64,000 bases of DNA from an uncultured Bacillota bacterium (GTDB lineage: Bacteria > Sysuimicrobiota > Sysuimicrobiia > Sysuimicrobiales > Segetimicrobiaceae): assembly GCA_963804645.1 (NCBI GenBank), contig CAWDRG010000017.1:32001-96000 (forward strand), written 5' to 3'. Each line of letters starts with the position of its first letter. Position 1 is the first letter of the stretch. The translations under genes and the position numbers were made by a program. Under the pieces are notes generated by a model. The model did no database searches, was not told the DNA's origin, and worked only from the letters and a program-made list of their open reading frames with translations. Shown piece by piece: positions 42,361 through 52,717 of this stretch.

Positions 42361-44148
42361 CTACCAGCCGATCGCGTAGCTGCGCTCGCCGCGGGAACTG
42401 GCGCCGCCCTCGATGAGCCGGCGGGCGGGGTCGTACGTGATCGCCGTGGTGTAATTGAAGCTCCAGTCGCCGGCCACCTGCACCTCGTGCCCGCGGGCGC
42501 GCAGCTCGTCGGTGACCGCCGACGCGACCCGCCCCTCGACGTCAAGATGCCGCGGGTGACTGTCGCGCGGGTAGAACGAGCTCGGCGCGTGCGTGCTGTG
42601 GAACGCGGGCACGTCGATCGCGTCCTGCACGTCCATGCCGAAGTCGACGAGGTTCAGGAAGAACTGCAGCGTCCACTGATCCTGCTGGTCGCCGCCCGGC
42701 GTCCCGAACACGACGTACGGCTCGCCGCGGCGCAGCACCAGCGACGGCGTGAGGGTCGTGCGCGGCCGCTTCCGCGGCGCGAGCGCCCCGGGGTGCCCTT
42801 CCGTCAGCCAGAACATCTGGGCCCGGGTACCGAGCGCAAAGCCGAGCCCGGGAATCACCGGCGAGCTCCTGAACCAGCCGCCGCTGGGGGTGGCGGAGAA
42901 CATGTTGCCGTCGGCATCCACGGCCCGCGTGCCCGTCGTCCCGCCGGCCCACGCGCGCCCTTCGACCGCCGCCAGCTCGGCCGGCGCGGTGCGTCCCTCG
43001 TATGGGTACGGGTCGCCCGGCCGCAGTTCTCCGGACGCGCGGCGCGGGTCGATCAGGGCGCGGCGCGCCGCCGCGTACTCCTTGGAGAGCAGGCCCCGCA
43101 GCGGCACGTCGGCGAACTCGGGGTCGCCGTAGTACCGCTCCCGGTCCGCCATCGCCAGCTTCGTGGCCTCCACGACCGTGTGGATGTAGTCCGCCGATCC
43201 GAGCCCCAGCGCCCGGAGGTCGAACCCCTCGAGCAGAGCGAGCTGCTGCAGGAACACCGGCCCCTGCGACCACGGCCCGCATTTGTACACGTCGTAGCCG
43301 CGGTAGTTGAACGTCGCCGGCGCCTCGATCTGCGCGTGAAACGCGGCGAAGTCCTCCTCGGTGAGCAGACCGTTCGAGACGGTGCCGTTGGCGTCGGTGA
43401 CCGTCGTGTCTCGCTGGAACGCGACGATCTCCTTCGCGATCGGACCGCGGTAGAAACAGTCCCGCGCGGCCTGCAGCGCCTCGCTGCGGCCGCGCGAACG
43501 TGCGCCCTGCTCCGCGTCCACGAGCCGCTCGAACGTGCGCGCGAGATCGGGGTTGCGCCAGGTGTCGCCGAGCGCCGGAGGCGCGCCGCCCGGCAGGAAC
43601 AGCGCGGCCGAGGTCGGCCACTCGCGCCGGAAGCGGTCCCCGTGCTCAACGATCGACCGGCGCATCGCCTCGTACATCGGGAACCCATTCGCGGCCAGCT
43701 CAATCGCCGGCGCCAACACCTGCGCCAGGCTCAGGCGCCCGTACCGGTCGAGCACCGTCACGAGCGCGTCCGGCACCGCGCAGACGCCCGCCGCCAGAAA
43801 CCCGTCGCCGGGAATCAGCGCGATGTCCCGCGCGCGGAACCACTCGATCGTCGCGGCGGCCGGCGCGCGCATGCTGCCGTCGATCACCACGACCTTTCGC
43901 TCGCGCGCGTCGTAGATGAGGATCGGGACCTCGCCGCCGAACCCGTAGCTCTGAAACTCGAGGACCGACTGCGCGAACACCATTGCGACGCCCGCGTCGA
44001 ACGCGTTCCCGCCGTGGGCGAGCATGCGCAGCCCGGCGGCGGCGGCGAGGTAGTGTCCGCAGGACGTGACGAGCGATCGGCCGCGGATCACCGGGCGCGT
44101 GGAGTTCGTCGCGAACTGCCAGTCGTTGTAGCCGGCGTTCGTGCTCAC
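42361..44148 (-). CDS. Gamma-glutamyltransferase family Ntn hydrolase (second copy)
   Basis: GGNAFDAGVA, GTTGTRAVDADGNMFSATPSGG, RKRPRTTLTP, GTPGGDQQDQW; GTGA overlap with the upstream gene. Confidence 0.93.
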   Translation of the reverse strand: MSTNAGYNDWQFATNSTRPVIRGRSLVTSCGHYLAAAAGLRMLAHGGNAFDAGVAMVFAQSVLEFQSYGFGGEVPILIYDARERKVVVIDGSMRAPAAATIEWFRARDIALIPGDGFLAAGVCAVPDALVTVLDRYGRLSLAQVLAPAIELAANGFPMYEAMRRSIVEHGDRFRREWPTSAALFLPGGAPPALGDTWRNPDLARTFERLVDAEQGARSRGRSEALQAARDCFYRGPIAKEIVAFQRDTTVTDANGTVSNGLLTEEDFAAFHAQIEAPATFNYRGYDVYKCGPWSQGPVFLQQLALLEGFDLRALGLGSADYIHTVVEATKLAMADRERYYGDPEFADVPLRGLLSKEYAAARRALIDPRRASGELRPGDPYPYEGRTAPAELAAVEGRAWAGGTTGTRAVDADGNMFSATPSGGWFRSSPVIPGLGFALGTRAQMFWLTEGHPGALAPRKRPRTTLTPSLVLRRGEPYVVFGTPGGDQQDQWTLQFFLNLVDFGMDVQDAIDVPAFHSTHAPSSFYPRDSHPRHLDVEGRVASAVTDELRARGHEVQVAGDWSFNYTTAITYDPARRLIEGGASSRGERSYAIGW

Positions 44149-45460
44149 CCGCGCACCGCGGCAAACGCCTCGTCGCATGCCTCAAGCGTCCGGTCCACGT
44201 CCGCGTCGGTGTGGGCGGTCGAGAGGTAGAACTTCTCGTTGTGGTTCACGAGGATGCCGCGCTTCACGAGCTCGATCGACCAGCGCTTGTTCAGCGCGGT
44301 ATCGGACGTGAGCAGATCCTCCCAGGTCCGGAGCGGCCGGCGGGCCGTAAACCGCACGCCGAACACCGCGTCCTCGCCCGGCGTCTGGACGGCGATCCCG
44401 TGCTTGGCGCCGAGCGCTTCGATCTCCCGCCGCAGCCGCCCGCCGATCCGGTGAAAATGGTCGTAGGTGCCGGGGCGGCTCAGGATGTCGAGGGCGACGA
44501 CCCCCGCGGATCGCGCTCACGGGGTTGCCGTTCAGCGTCCCGCTCGCCCAGACGAGCCGGGAGCGCTCGACGCGCTCGACGTTCAGATACTGCATCAGCG
44601 ACTGCGGCCCGGCGAACGCCGCCATCGGGTACCCGCCGGACATCGCCTTCCCGTACGTCGCGAGATCGGGCACGACGCCGTACCGCTCCTGCGCCCCGCC
44701 CCACGCGATGCGGAACCCGGTCACGATCTCGTCGAAGATCAGCACGACCCCGTGCCGGCGGGTCACGTCGCGCAGCGTCTCGAGGAATCCCGGCACCGGC
44801 GTGAGCACCCGCTGCAGGGGTTCCACGACCACGGCCGCCAGTTCGTGGGCGTGCTGCTCGATCAGCGCCGCGGCGCCCGCGGCGTCGTTGAACGGCGCGA
44901 CCAGCACCTGCCCGCGCACAGCCTCGGGGATGCCGAGCGAATCCGGTTCGGCGCTGGGGTAGTGGCTCGGCCGCTGGGGGACGGTCCCCCACAGGGAGTA
45001 GTCATGCATGCCGTGCCAGCCGCCCTCGAATTTCAGAATCTTCTGCCGGCCCGTCGCCGCGCGCGCGACGCGCATCGCGAAGAACGTGGCCTCGGTCCCC
45101 GACCCGGTGTAATGGATCTGCTCGGCGCACGGGATCGCTTCGACCATCCGCTCGGCGAGCCGGATCGCAGGCTCGATTTAAGAAGTAGTACGTCGAGCCC
45201 TTGGCGGCCTGACGCTGGACCGCCTCCACGATTTCGGGATGCGCGTGACCCAGCAGCGCCGGCCCTGAGCCGAGATGGTAATCGATGAACTCCCGCCCGG
45301 CCACATCCGTCACGTGGCTGCCGTGACCTTCGGCGATTACCAAGTTGACCTCGGGCGGCAGCACGAAGAGACCCAACCCTCCGGCGGCGAGATACCGTCC
45401 CGCGCGCGCCAGCAGATCGGCCTGTCGACTCAGCTTCGTCCCCTGCGCCCCGAGTGCCAT
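44145..45460 (-). pseudogene. Class-III PLP aminotransferase (GSA-aminomutase-like) with two +1 frameshifts (about 45175 and 44511)
   Basis: GREFIDY.LGSGPALLGH, SGTEAT, KFEGGWHG, LIFDEIVTGFR, YGKAMSGG, GTLNGNP, YLSTAHT. The span of 1316 nt equals 438 codons plus 2. Confidence 0.88.
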
Positions 45461-45636
45461 GATTCGCCTCCCAGCGTTTGTCATTCCGTGCAAGTGTTCC
45501 ATGGGCGCGGGGCGCCTCCTTCACCGGCGGTGCCCGCGCGCACGACCCGCCTGTGCGCCGCCCGAACGCCGAGGCGTCCCGCAGGACGCGTCGTCACACT
45601 CCTCGGCGACGCGGCAGCAGGGTGTGACCGGGCCGC

Positions 45637-46530
45637 ATGGAACACCACGTGACGCGGAGGGACCCGACCACGACAATCACGCGAGACCGAGCACTGGCGC
45701 TTCTGGGTCTTGTCTTTCTCGGCGGAGCCGTGGTGACTCACGCGTCCGTGACGCTGGCGGGCCCCGCCCCGTGGACCACCATCGACGTCCCCGGCGCGAC
45801 CGAGACGGCCGCCTACGGTATCAACGACGCCGGTCAGATCGTAGGAGAATACGCGGTCGCAAACCTTCACCACGGGTTCTTGCTGGCCGGAGGCCGTGTC
45901 ACCTCGATCGATGTTCCCGGCGCGATCGAATCCTACGCCTTCGGGATCAATGCGGGCGGTCAGATCGTCGGGATCTACCGCGACATCCCTACGCATACGC
46001 AGCACGGGTTCACGCTGGCCGGGGGCCGGTTCACCACCCTCGACGGGCCCGGCGCGAGAGACACCGAGGCCTTCGGGATCAACGCGGGCGGCCGAATCGT
46101 GGGAGAATACACCGACGACCAAAAGACCCACGGGTTCGTGCTGGACGGGGGCCGCTACACCACGATCGATGTTCCGGGCGCCATCGAGACCAAGGCCCAA
46201 GGAATCAACACCACCGGCCAAATCGTGGGAATCTACCGCGACACCGCGACGAACGCGGAACACGGGTTCCTGCTCGCCGGGGGCCGCTTCACCACCCTCG
46301 ATGCCCCAGGCGCGACGGAGACCGAGGCCTTCGGGATCAACGCGACCGGCCAGATCGTGGGGATCTTCTTCAACGCCGCCGCGTTGCGCAGTTTCGTGTG
46401 GGACAAGGGCCAATTCACCGCGATTGATGGCGTGTGGGCCAACGGGATTAATGCGGCAGGCCAGATCGTCGGGTTCTACCCCGACGCCGCCTCGCACGGT
46501 CACGCGGTGACATTTCCCTGGAACCGTTGA
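45637..46530 (+). CDS. Secreted or anchored HAF-like repeat beta-propeller protein
   Basis: Hydrophobic N-helix, then six repeats T(T/S)IDxPGA..T.A.GIN..GQIVG.Y...HGF; the true start may be slightly downstream. Confidence 0.85.
   Translation: MEHHVTRRDPTTTITRDRALALLGLVFLGGAVVTHASVTLAGPAPWTTIDVPGATETAAYGINDAGQIVGEYAVANLHHGFLLAGGRVTSIDVPGAIESYAFGINAGGQIVGIYRDIPTHTQHGFTLAGGRFTTLDGPGARDTEAFGINAGGRIVGEYTDDQKTHGFVLDGGRYTTIDVPGAIETKAQGINTTGQIVGIYRDTATNAEHGFLLAGGRFTTLDAPGATETEAFGINATGQIVGIFFNAAALRSFVWDKGQFTAIDGVWANGINAAGQIVGFYPDAASHGHAVTFPWNR
45775..46500 (+). repeat. Six intragenic tandem repeats with alternating 126/132-bp spacing
   Basis: Units begin at 45775, 45901, 46033, 46159, 46291 and 46417. 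Confidence 0.85.
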
Positions 46531-46812
46531 TCGGGGTCGGCGCGCACCGTGACCTCGGTGCAGCGGATGATCGGCTGCGCACGCACCAGTCGAAGCTATT
46601 TTGCTCGAGCAGTGGTCCTCCACACTCCGGGCCGCGACCGAATTCCGCAGCGCAATCGCGAAGTGCCGAACCTCCTCCACGAGCCGATCCCCAGCACAGA
46701 ATTCCTTGACGCCGGTGATACGTGCCAAGGCACTGCGGCGTGCACATGCAGGACGCGACCCGAACGAGGCGCGAGACAGCGCCGGCCGTCGCGGCCGCGC
46801 GAGGCCTGCCGA

Positions 46813-47565
46813 TCAGGCGGTCGTGCGGCCGATCGCCTGGAGCTGGACCGGAAGGATCGTGAGCTCGGGAATCAGCACATGCGGCGGAAGCGCCGCCAGA
46901 AACAGACACGCCGAGGCCACGTCTTCGGGGCGTAGGGCGCGCGCACGGACGTCCGGCGGCACCGGCTGCGGCCGGTAATCCAAAATCGGGGTATCGATCA
47001 GACCGGGAAGGATCGCGGAAAAACGGACGCCGTCGCCGGCGCGTTCATACGCGACCGCGTTCGCGAGCGCGACCATCCCGGCCTTCGCCGCCTGGTACGC
47101 CGCGCCCGATCCGTCGGGCCACCGGCCCGACACGCTGGAGACGAACACGACCGTCGCACCGCGCGCGAGGTGCGGCATCACCGCCCGCAGCACGTAGTAG
47201 GCGCCGCTCAGGTTGATTCCGATCAACGCATCCCACGCGTCCGGCGTCAGCACGCCGAACGCGCGGTCGGGGATGTTGATGCCCGCGGCCAGCACGACCA
47301 CGTCCAGCGGGCCGCCCGCCGCCGCCGCGGCGACCGCGTCCGCGACCTCGGCCGGCCGGGACACGTCCGCCGCGTGGGGCACGAACGTGCCGTCCGCGAC
47401 CGCCTGGGCTCCAGCCCCCTCGATCATCTTCTCACGTCGTCGGGCGATGCCGTGGACCGTCGCGCCCGCGCGCAGCAGCTGCCGGGCCGCGGCCAGCCCG
47501 ACGCCGCTGCTCGCGCCGGTGACCAGTGCCCTCGTACCCGCAAAGTCAGGTAGCGCCGGCTCCAT
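46813..47565 (-). CDS. SDR family oxidoreductase
   Basis: TGASSGVG, AAGIN, INLSG, YQAAK, PGLIDTP. Confidence 0.92.
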   Translation of the reverse strand: MEPALPDFAGTRALVTGASSGVGLAAARQLLRAGATVHGIARRREKMIEGAGAQAVADGTFVPHAADVSRPAEVADAVAAAAAGGPLDVVVLAAGINIPDRAFGVLTPDAWDALIGINLSGAYYVLRAVMPHLARGATVVFVSSVSGRWPDGSGAAYQAAKAGMVALANAVAYERAGDGVRFSAILPGLIDTPILDYRPQPVPPDVRARALRPEDVASACLFLAALPPHVLIPELTILPVQLQAIGRTTA

Positions 47566-47627
47566 CGGATCCCCCAGACATCAACCTCCGGCGCGGCGGC
47601 GTCGCGCGCCGAGACCGGGCCGCATCC

Positions 47628-48458
47628 TTAGATCGCCCGGCTGACGATTTCCGTCGGCGCAATCAGTCTCCGCTCCAGATTGTTGATTGTGTTCGCGATC
47701 TTCTCCGCGGCGGAACTGCCCATCAGAGTATACACGCCGAGCGGCGGCGATCCGGCCTGCTGTACGCGGGCGCGCGTCTCACGGAAAAACTCGATGGCGA
47801 ACTCGCGGCGGCTGCGCTCTCGTTCCACCGTGAACCCCGCGTCCTCCAGCAGGCGCCGGTACACCGCGGGGCTCTCCACGAAGCTCGTGTCGGGGCCCGA
47901 GGCCCACGGCACCGGAAATCTGAGGGCACCCTCCCCCTCGCCGCGCATGACATCGTAAATTCCAAAAAAGCCGCCCGGCTTGACGACGCGCCGGATCCCG
48001 GAGAACAACCGCGCCTTCTCTGCGATGTTCATCCCGACGTGCAGCATGTACGCGCCGTCGAACGCGCCGGGCGCGAACGGAAGGTCGAGCGCGCTGCCGT
48101 GGCGGTAGGCCACGACCTTCTCCAGCCCCACGCGCTCCCCGAGGACCTCGGCCAGGCGCACGTACTCCTCGGTCAGATCGATACCGGTCACGAGGCAGCC
48201 GTGTTCGTGCGCGAAATAGCGCGACGGTCCGCCGATGCCGCAGCCGACGTCGAGGAGATGCAGGCGCGGTCGGAGTTCCAGTTGCGCCGCGAACTCGACC
48301 GTGGCCCGGCGCCCGCCGATGTGAAATTCGTCGACGGGTGCCAGATCGGCCAGCGTCAAACCGTTGAGGTCCTTTCCCGCGCTGGCGAGGACGCCGAAGA
48401 TCGCCTGTTCCAGCGATCCGTGCGTGTAGTGCTGCGCCACCGACTGTTCGAGTTCCAC
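47628..48458 (-). CDS. Class I SAM-dependent methyltransferase
   Basis: DLAPVDEFHIGGR.AT, LLDVGCGIGGP, GIDLT, LHVGMNI, VKPGG; GTG 48458 after GGAGG. Confidence 0.9.
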   Translation of the reverse strand: MELEQSVAQHYTHGSLEQAIFGVLASAGKDLNGLTLADLAPVDEFHIGGRRATVEFAAQLELRPRLHLLDVGCGIGGPSRYFAHEHGCLVTGIDLTEEYVRLAEVLGERVGLEKVVAYRHGSALDLPFAPGAFDGAYMLHVGMNIAEKARLFSGIRRVVKPGGFFGIYDVMRGEGEGALRFPVPWASGPDTSFVESPAVYRRLLEDAGFTVERERSRREFAIEFFRETRARVQQAGSPPLGVYTLMGSSAAEKIANTINNLERRLIAPTEIVSRAI

Positions 48459-48563
48459 GGGGCCACCTCCCACCGGTCATCGTAGGGATACGCCGGTCGG
48501 GGGCGGAGTCCCCCCATCCCACCGGCCGCGGCCCGCACGCCGCGGCCGGTGGGGCCTGAGGCG

Positions 48564-49484
48564 TTACGCCGCGCGGGGCCGCTCGCCGACCGGCACCAAG
48601 AGATCCAGCATCTGGCCCGCGCGGAGCACGCGGATCGAGACGACCGTGCCGATGCGATCCTCTCCAAGCAGGCTCAACAGATCGTCGAACCGGCTCACCG
48701 GCTGCCCCTCGATCGCGGTCAGGGTATCGCCGAGCAGCATGCCGCCGCGATCCGCCGGGCTGTCCGGCTCCACGCCCACCACGAGGAGTCCCGCACGCTG
48801 GCCGGTCGCCGCGGCGCTGCCGGGGAGCCGCACCCGATGCGCGGCCACGCCCAGGTAGCCGCGCCGAATGCGCCCGTGCGCCACCAGGGTGTCGACGACG
48901 CGGCGCAGCGTTGATCCGGCCACGGTGACGACCGTGCCGCGCACCAGTCCCGCCGTGTTCACGCCGATCGCGCGCCCGGCGGCGTCCGTCAAGAGTCCCC
49001 CGGAAAAACCCGGCGCCGGCGCGATGTCAGGCTCGAGATACTGGGCGAGCCGCGCGCCGTACGGCGTGCGCCACTCGGCCCCGAGGGCCGCTACGATGCC
49101 GAAGCGCGCGCGGACGGTGCGTCCGGGTCTCGCGAGCGCCAGGACCGTGTGGCCGACCCGCAGGGTCTCGATCTCTCGCCACGCCGCCGCCGGGAGGTTG
49201 ACCGCGTCGACCCGCAGCACCGCCAGGTCGGTCGTGGGGTCCCGGCCGACCACCGAGGCAGCGACTTCGCGCCCGTCGGACAGTGCGACGGCCGTGCGGT
49301 CGTCGTCCCGAAGGGCGTGATCGGTGGTCACGATCAGGCCGTCGGCCGACCAGACCGTGCCCGATGCCGGGCGTCCCCGGCGACTTTCGATCCGAACAAC
49401 CGCGGCGCCGGCGGCCTCCACGGCGCCGGCGAGCCGATCGGACAGCGTTGCATCGACGTTTGTCACTGGCTGCCTCCTTGCCAC
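48564..49484 (-). CDS. S1C (HtrA-like) serine protease with PDZ domain, no signal peptide
   Basis: VTTDH, GRDPTTDLAVL, PGFSGG, RGYLGV, SPA..GG.LLGD. Confidence 0.9.
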   Translation of the reverse strand: MARRQPVTNVDATLSDRLAGAVEAAGAAVVRIESRRGRPASGTVWSADGLIVTTDHALRDDDRTAVALSDGREVAASVVGRDPTTDLAVLRVDAVNLPAAAWREIETLRVGHTVLALARPGRTVRARFGIVAALGAEWRTPYGARLAQYLEPDIAPAPGFSGGLLTDAAGRAIGVNTAGLVRGTVVTVAGSTLRRVVDTLVAHGRIRRGYLGVAAHRVRLPGSAAATGQRAGLLVVGVEPDSPADRGGMLLGDTLTAIEGQPVSRFDDLLSLLGEDRIGTVVSIRVLRAGQMLDLLVPVGERPRAA

Positions 49485-49598
49485 TCATCAAGATTCGGCC
49501 GGCCACGGAGCGCCGGCCGTCGGGAACCAGCGTAGCGCAGGCGGGAATCGAGCGCATCGCCCGTCCGATCACGGCCACCTAGCCGTTCGAGCGGGGAC

Positions 49599-50225
49599 TC
49601 AGAGGGTGAGGACGCCCAGCCGCGCGGCCCGGACGACGGCCTCGGTCCGGCTCTGGGTGCCAAGCTTGCCGAGCACGGTATGGACGTGGAACTTCACGGT
49701 ATGCTCGCTGATCTCGAGCCGCTCCGCGATGGCCTTGTTCGAAAAGCCTTCGGCCATGAGCGACAACACCTCGACCTCACGGGGGCTCAACTCTTCGACC
49801 AGCGCGGCACCGCGGGATGGGACGCGCGCCAGCAACTCATCCGCCACCGCGACATCGAGCACAACCAGGCCGCTGGCCGCGGCCCGCGCGGCCGCCGCGA
49901 GCGTGTCGGCGTCGGCCGTGCGCAGCAGTAGCCCGCGTGTTCCCGCGGCGAGGGTGCGGGCCGCGGCGGCGCGATCCGGCACCAGCGCGACGACAGGGAT
50001 CAGCGCCAGCCCGGCGGACGCAAGTTGATCCAGCACCGCGTCGGGCCCGCGGCCGGCGTCGCACAGGATCACGTCGATGTCGCTCGCGCTCACCGTCGCG
50101 GCGAGGTCGGCCTCGGGTCCGGCCTGCAGCGTCACCGTCCCGGGTGCATCGGCCAACAGCGCCGCCAACCCGGTGCGCACCAGCGGGTCATCGGCCCAGA
50201 TCAGGATCCGCAGGGCTTCGTCCAT
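49599..50225 (-). CDS. NarL/LuxR-type response regulator with atypical receiver
   Basis: ADDPLVRTGL, LSPREVEVL.LMAEG.SNK.IA..L.ISEHTVKFHV...KLG..SRTEAV. Confidence 0.9.
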   Translation of the reverse strand: MDEALRILIWADDPLVRTGLAALLADAPGTVTLQAGPEADLAATVSASDIDVILCDAGRGPDAVLDQLASAGLALIPVVALVPDRAAAARTLAAGTRGLLLRTADADTLAAAARAAASGLVVLDVAVADELLARVPSRGAALVEELSPREVEVLSLMAEGFSNKAIAERLEISEHTVKFHVHTVLGKLGTQSRTEAVVRAARLGVLTL

Positions 50226-50407
50226 CCACACACTCCCTTGCGACGTTGGAACGCCCGGGGCGTGCCGGCGGATTCCCGCATCGTGCGCGGCCAGTCTGCA
50301 CAGGAGTTGGCGAGTCGGGACGGGAACCCGAAGGAAGACGCAACTCCACTCCACACCGTGAGGATGCCGCCGCCCTGCCGGGCTACCCTCGATAGGAGCA
50401 CGAACCG

Positions 50408-50983
50408 ATGCGACCCACCGCGTGGATCTCTCGATGGATCATGGTGACCGCGATGGCGCTGGCGCTCGCGCCGGCCGTTCCGTCATTCGCGGGTGCCGTG
50501 CAAACGATCGGCGTCCCCGATTTCGCCGCGCGGGCCTCGATCCCGAACATCTCGGGGATGTTTCCCGGACGGTTCGCGGCCGACGCCGCCACCACGGCGC
50601 TGCAGCGCGCCGCGCACCCGCCGCTCAGTGTCATCCCGCGGACGACGATGACCAAGGCGCAGTCTGCGCTGAAATGGCGCGACACCGATATCACCAAGTT
50701 CGCGCAACTCACGGCGCTCGCCGACCGGGTCGGCGCCGCCCACCTGATCATCGGCACGATCGACCGCCTCAGCGTCGAACGGGTATCGAACAACGTCTAC
50801 CGCTCCGCAGCGACCGTCTCCATCCAGTTCTACACCGCGACCCCGCCGAGGATCACCCCGGCGGTCACAGGCACCGGGTCCGGTCTCACGAGCATCTCTC
50901 GGGGCGCCGCCGAGCAGGCGTTGCGTCAGGCCGTCGAACAGGCGCTGAACGCGGAGCTCGCGAAGATCGCTCCAACCCGCTAG
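50408..50983 (+). CDS. Exported hypothetical protein, possibly CsgG/TolB-N-like fold
   Basis: Signal peptide, IGVPDF, LADRVGAAHLIIGTI; AGGAG RBS. Confidence 0.65.
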   Translation: MRPTAWISRWIMVTAMALALAPAVPSFAGAVQTIGVPDFAARASIPNISGMFPGRFAADAATTALQRAAHPPLSVIPRTTMTKAQSALKWRDTDITKFAQLTALADRVGAAHLIIGTIDRLSVERVSNNVYRSAATVSIQFYTATPPRITPAVTGTGSGLTSISRGAAEQALRQAVEQALNAELAKIAPTR

Positions 50984-51237
50984 CCGCCGCCGGTCGAGCC
51001 GGTCATCGGTTGCACGTCGCGGCGCCGAGCGCATCCGCGCTGACACCGCCACGCACGCACGGCGGGAGCGACGTCCTCCCGAGGCGCGTACACGCCGCGT
51101 TGGAGTGCCGGCCGGCAGTGAAGATGCCCGCGGTCGAACCGCTCCCGCATCGCCCGCACGCCGCGGTCCCGTCGAATACCTGGAGGGCTCGGGGCCGACG
51201 GCGCGGTAATCAGCCGGAACGCTCCTCGGAGGCGCGC

Positions 51238-52026
51238 ATGCCGGTTGATCTCGGATTTCATTGGTCGATGCTGAACGACTACGACCGCAACGCCGCCTAC
51301 CGCGCGGCGATCCGCCGGCTCGCCCCGGGGAACGTCGTCTACGATCTCGGAGCGGGCGTGGGGCCGATGTCATACTATGCGCTGGCCGCGGGGGCCCGGC
51401 GCGTCTACGGCTTCGAGATCGACCGCGACGCCCTCCCCTATCTCCGCCGCCTCGGCCGTGAGTTTCGCAACTTCATCCCACGCCGCGCCAACGTCCTGCG
51501 CGCCAAACTCCCGGACGAGCCGCCCGGCCTCATCATCTGCGAAATGTGGTCGGCGTGGCTGACCGACTGGCCGATGGTCAGGGTGATCGAGCGCCTGCGC
51601 GCCCGTGCCCCCGAGGCCGCCGTCGTCCCGGCGCGCGGACTCCACCTGATCCAGCTCGTCCGCGCGCGGCACCGTGCGGGGATGCCCCTGCGCGTGATCC
51701 CCGGCACCGAGGCCGCGGTGATCGGCGAGACGCCCGCGACCCTCGACATGTCGCCGCCCATCCTCGCGTGCGTCTCCGACTTCCGCGGCCGCATCGCGCC
51801 GGTGGACGCCACGGTGGCGCTCGTCCCGCTGACATCCGGCACCGTCAACGCGGTCCGCCTGTTCAGTTACGAGGAAGTCTGGCCGGGGTTTCCGCTCGCG
51901 CGCCTCGGGACGCGCTCAGACGAGCTGCTCCGGTGGATCCCACCCGTGCGCGTCCGGGAAGGACGGCGCGTTCGGCTCCGCATCCAGTACGCATGGGGCA
52001 AGACGGTGCACGTGTGGGTCGATTAG
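51238..52026 (+). CDS. Class I SAM methyltransferase, PRMT-like
   Basis: HWSMLND.DRN.AYR.AI, VYDLGAGVG, AGARRVYGFE, LIICEM; ATG 51238 after GGAGG. Confidence 0.78.
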   Translation: MPVDLGFHWSMLNDYDRNAAYRAAIRRLAPGNVVYDLGAGVGPMSYYALAAGARRVYGFEIDRDALPYLRRLGREFRNFIPRRANVLRAKLPDEPPGLIICEMWSAWLTDWPMVRVIERLRARAPEAAVVPARGLHLIQLVRARHRAGMPLRVIPGTEAAVIGETPATLDMSPPILACVSDFRGRIAPVDATVALVPLTSGTVNAVRLFSYEEVWPGFPLARLGTRSDELLRWIPPVRVREGRRVRLRIQYAWGKTVHVWVD

Positions 52027-52045
52027 CGCCCCGGGACCGCGCGCA

Positions 52046-52597
52046 TCAGGCCCGCCGAGCCTGCGCGATCGCGCACAGGCCGTCCGATCCGATCTCAAGC
52101 GGCAGGTTGATCAGGTTGTAGTAGTTCTCCACCGCATTTACCCACGTGATCTCCACGATCTCCGACTCGCTGCAGTGCCGGCGCAACTCCTCAAACGTGG
52201 CATCGGAGACGCGCTTGTGTCTCGTGGCTTCCTCCGCGTACGCCAGCGCGGCGCGCTCTCGCGCAGAGAACAGCGGGCTCGTCCGGTAGTCCGGGAGCGC
52301 GTCGAACTTCTCCATCCCGAGGTCCCGGCGAATCGCCACCGCCCGGCCGATATCCTCGCAAAAGCTGCACCCGTTGATCTGCGCGGCGAGGATCGCCACC
52401 ATGAAATGCAGCTGGGGATCGAGCCGGAGCCCCTTCGTCTCGAACTTCTGGAGCTCGTAGGAGAGCTTCAGCACCCCCGGCATGCGCGGATACAGCACCT
52501 TCATCGGCGTGATCACCTTGCCGAGCTGCCGCCGCGTCATCCAGTACGCGATGCGCATCAGGAGTCCCGTGGGCTTCTCGATCGGTGCCAGTCTCAT
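52046..52597 (-). CDS. Carboxymuconolactone decarboxylase/AhpD family protein
   Basis: AQINGCSFCEDI, FSARERAALAYAEEAT, EIVEITW. Confidence 0.88.
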   Translation of the reverse strand: MRLAPIEKPTGLLMRIAYWMTRRQLGKVITPMKVLYPRMPGVLKLSYELQKFETKGLRLDPQLHFMVAILAAQINGCSFCEDIGRAVAIRRDLGMEKFDALPDYRTSPLFSARERAALAYAEEATRHKRVSDATFEELRRHCSESEIVEITWVNAVENYYNLINLPLEIGSDGLCAIAQARRA

Positions 52598-52717
52598 CGC
52601 ATGCGCTCCGTGTGGTCTCCCACGCTCCGGGCCGCGGGCCGCCCGTCGGGTTCGTATCCTGTGTGTGTCCACCCGGATCGCCACATCGTCCGATCGTGAC
52701 TGCGCCGACGCGGTGTG

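Noticed and set aside
45775..46500. Possible CRISPR-like repeat array
   Set aside because: The repeats are degenerate, in frame and protein-coding; no cas genes nearby
46531..46812. Intergenic stretch with coding-like minus-strand fragments
   Set aside because: No family could be assigned and no consistent frame was found
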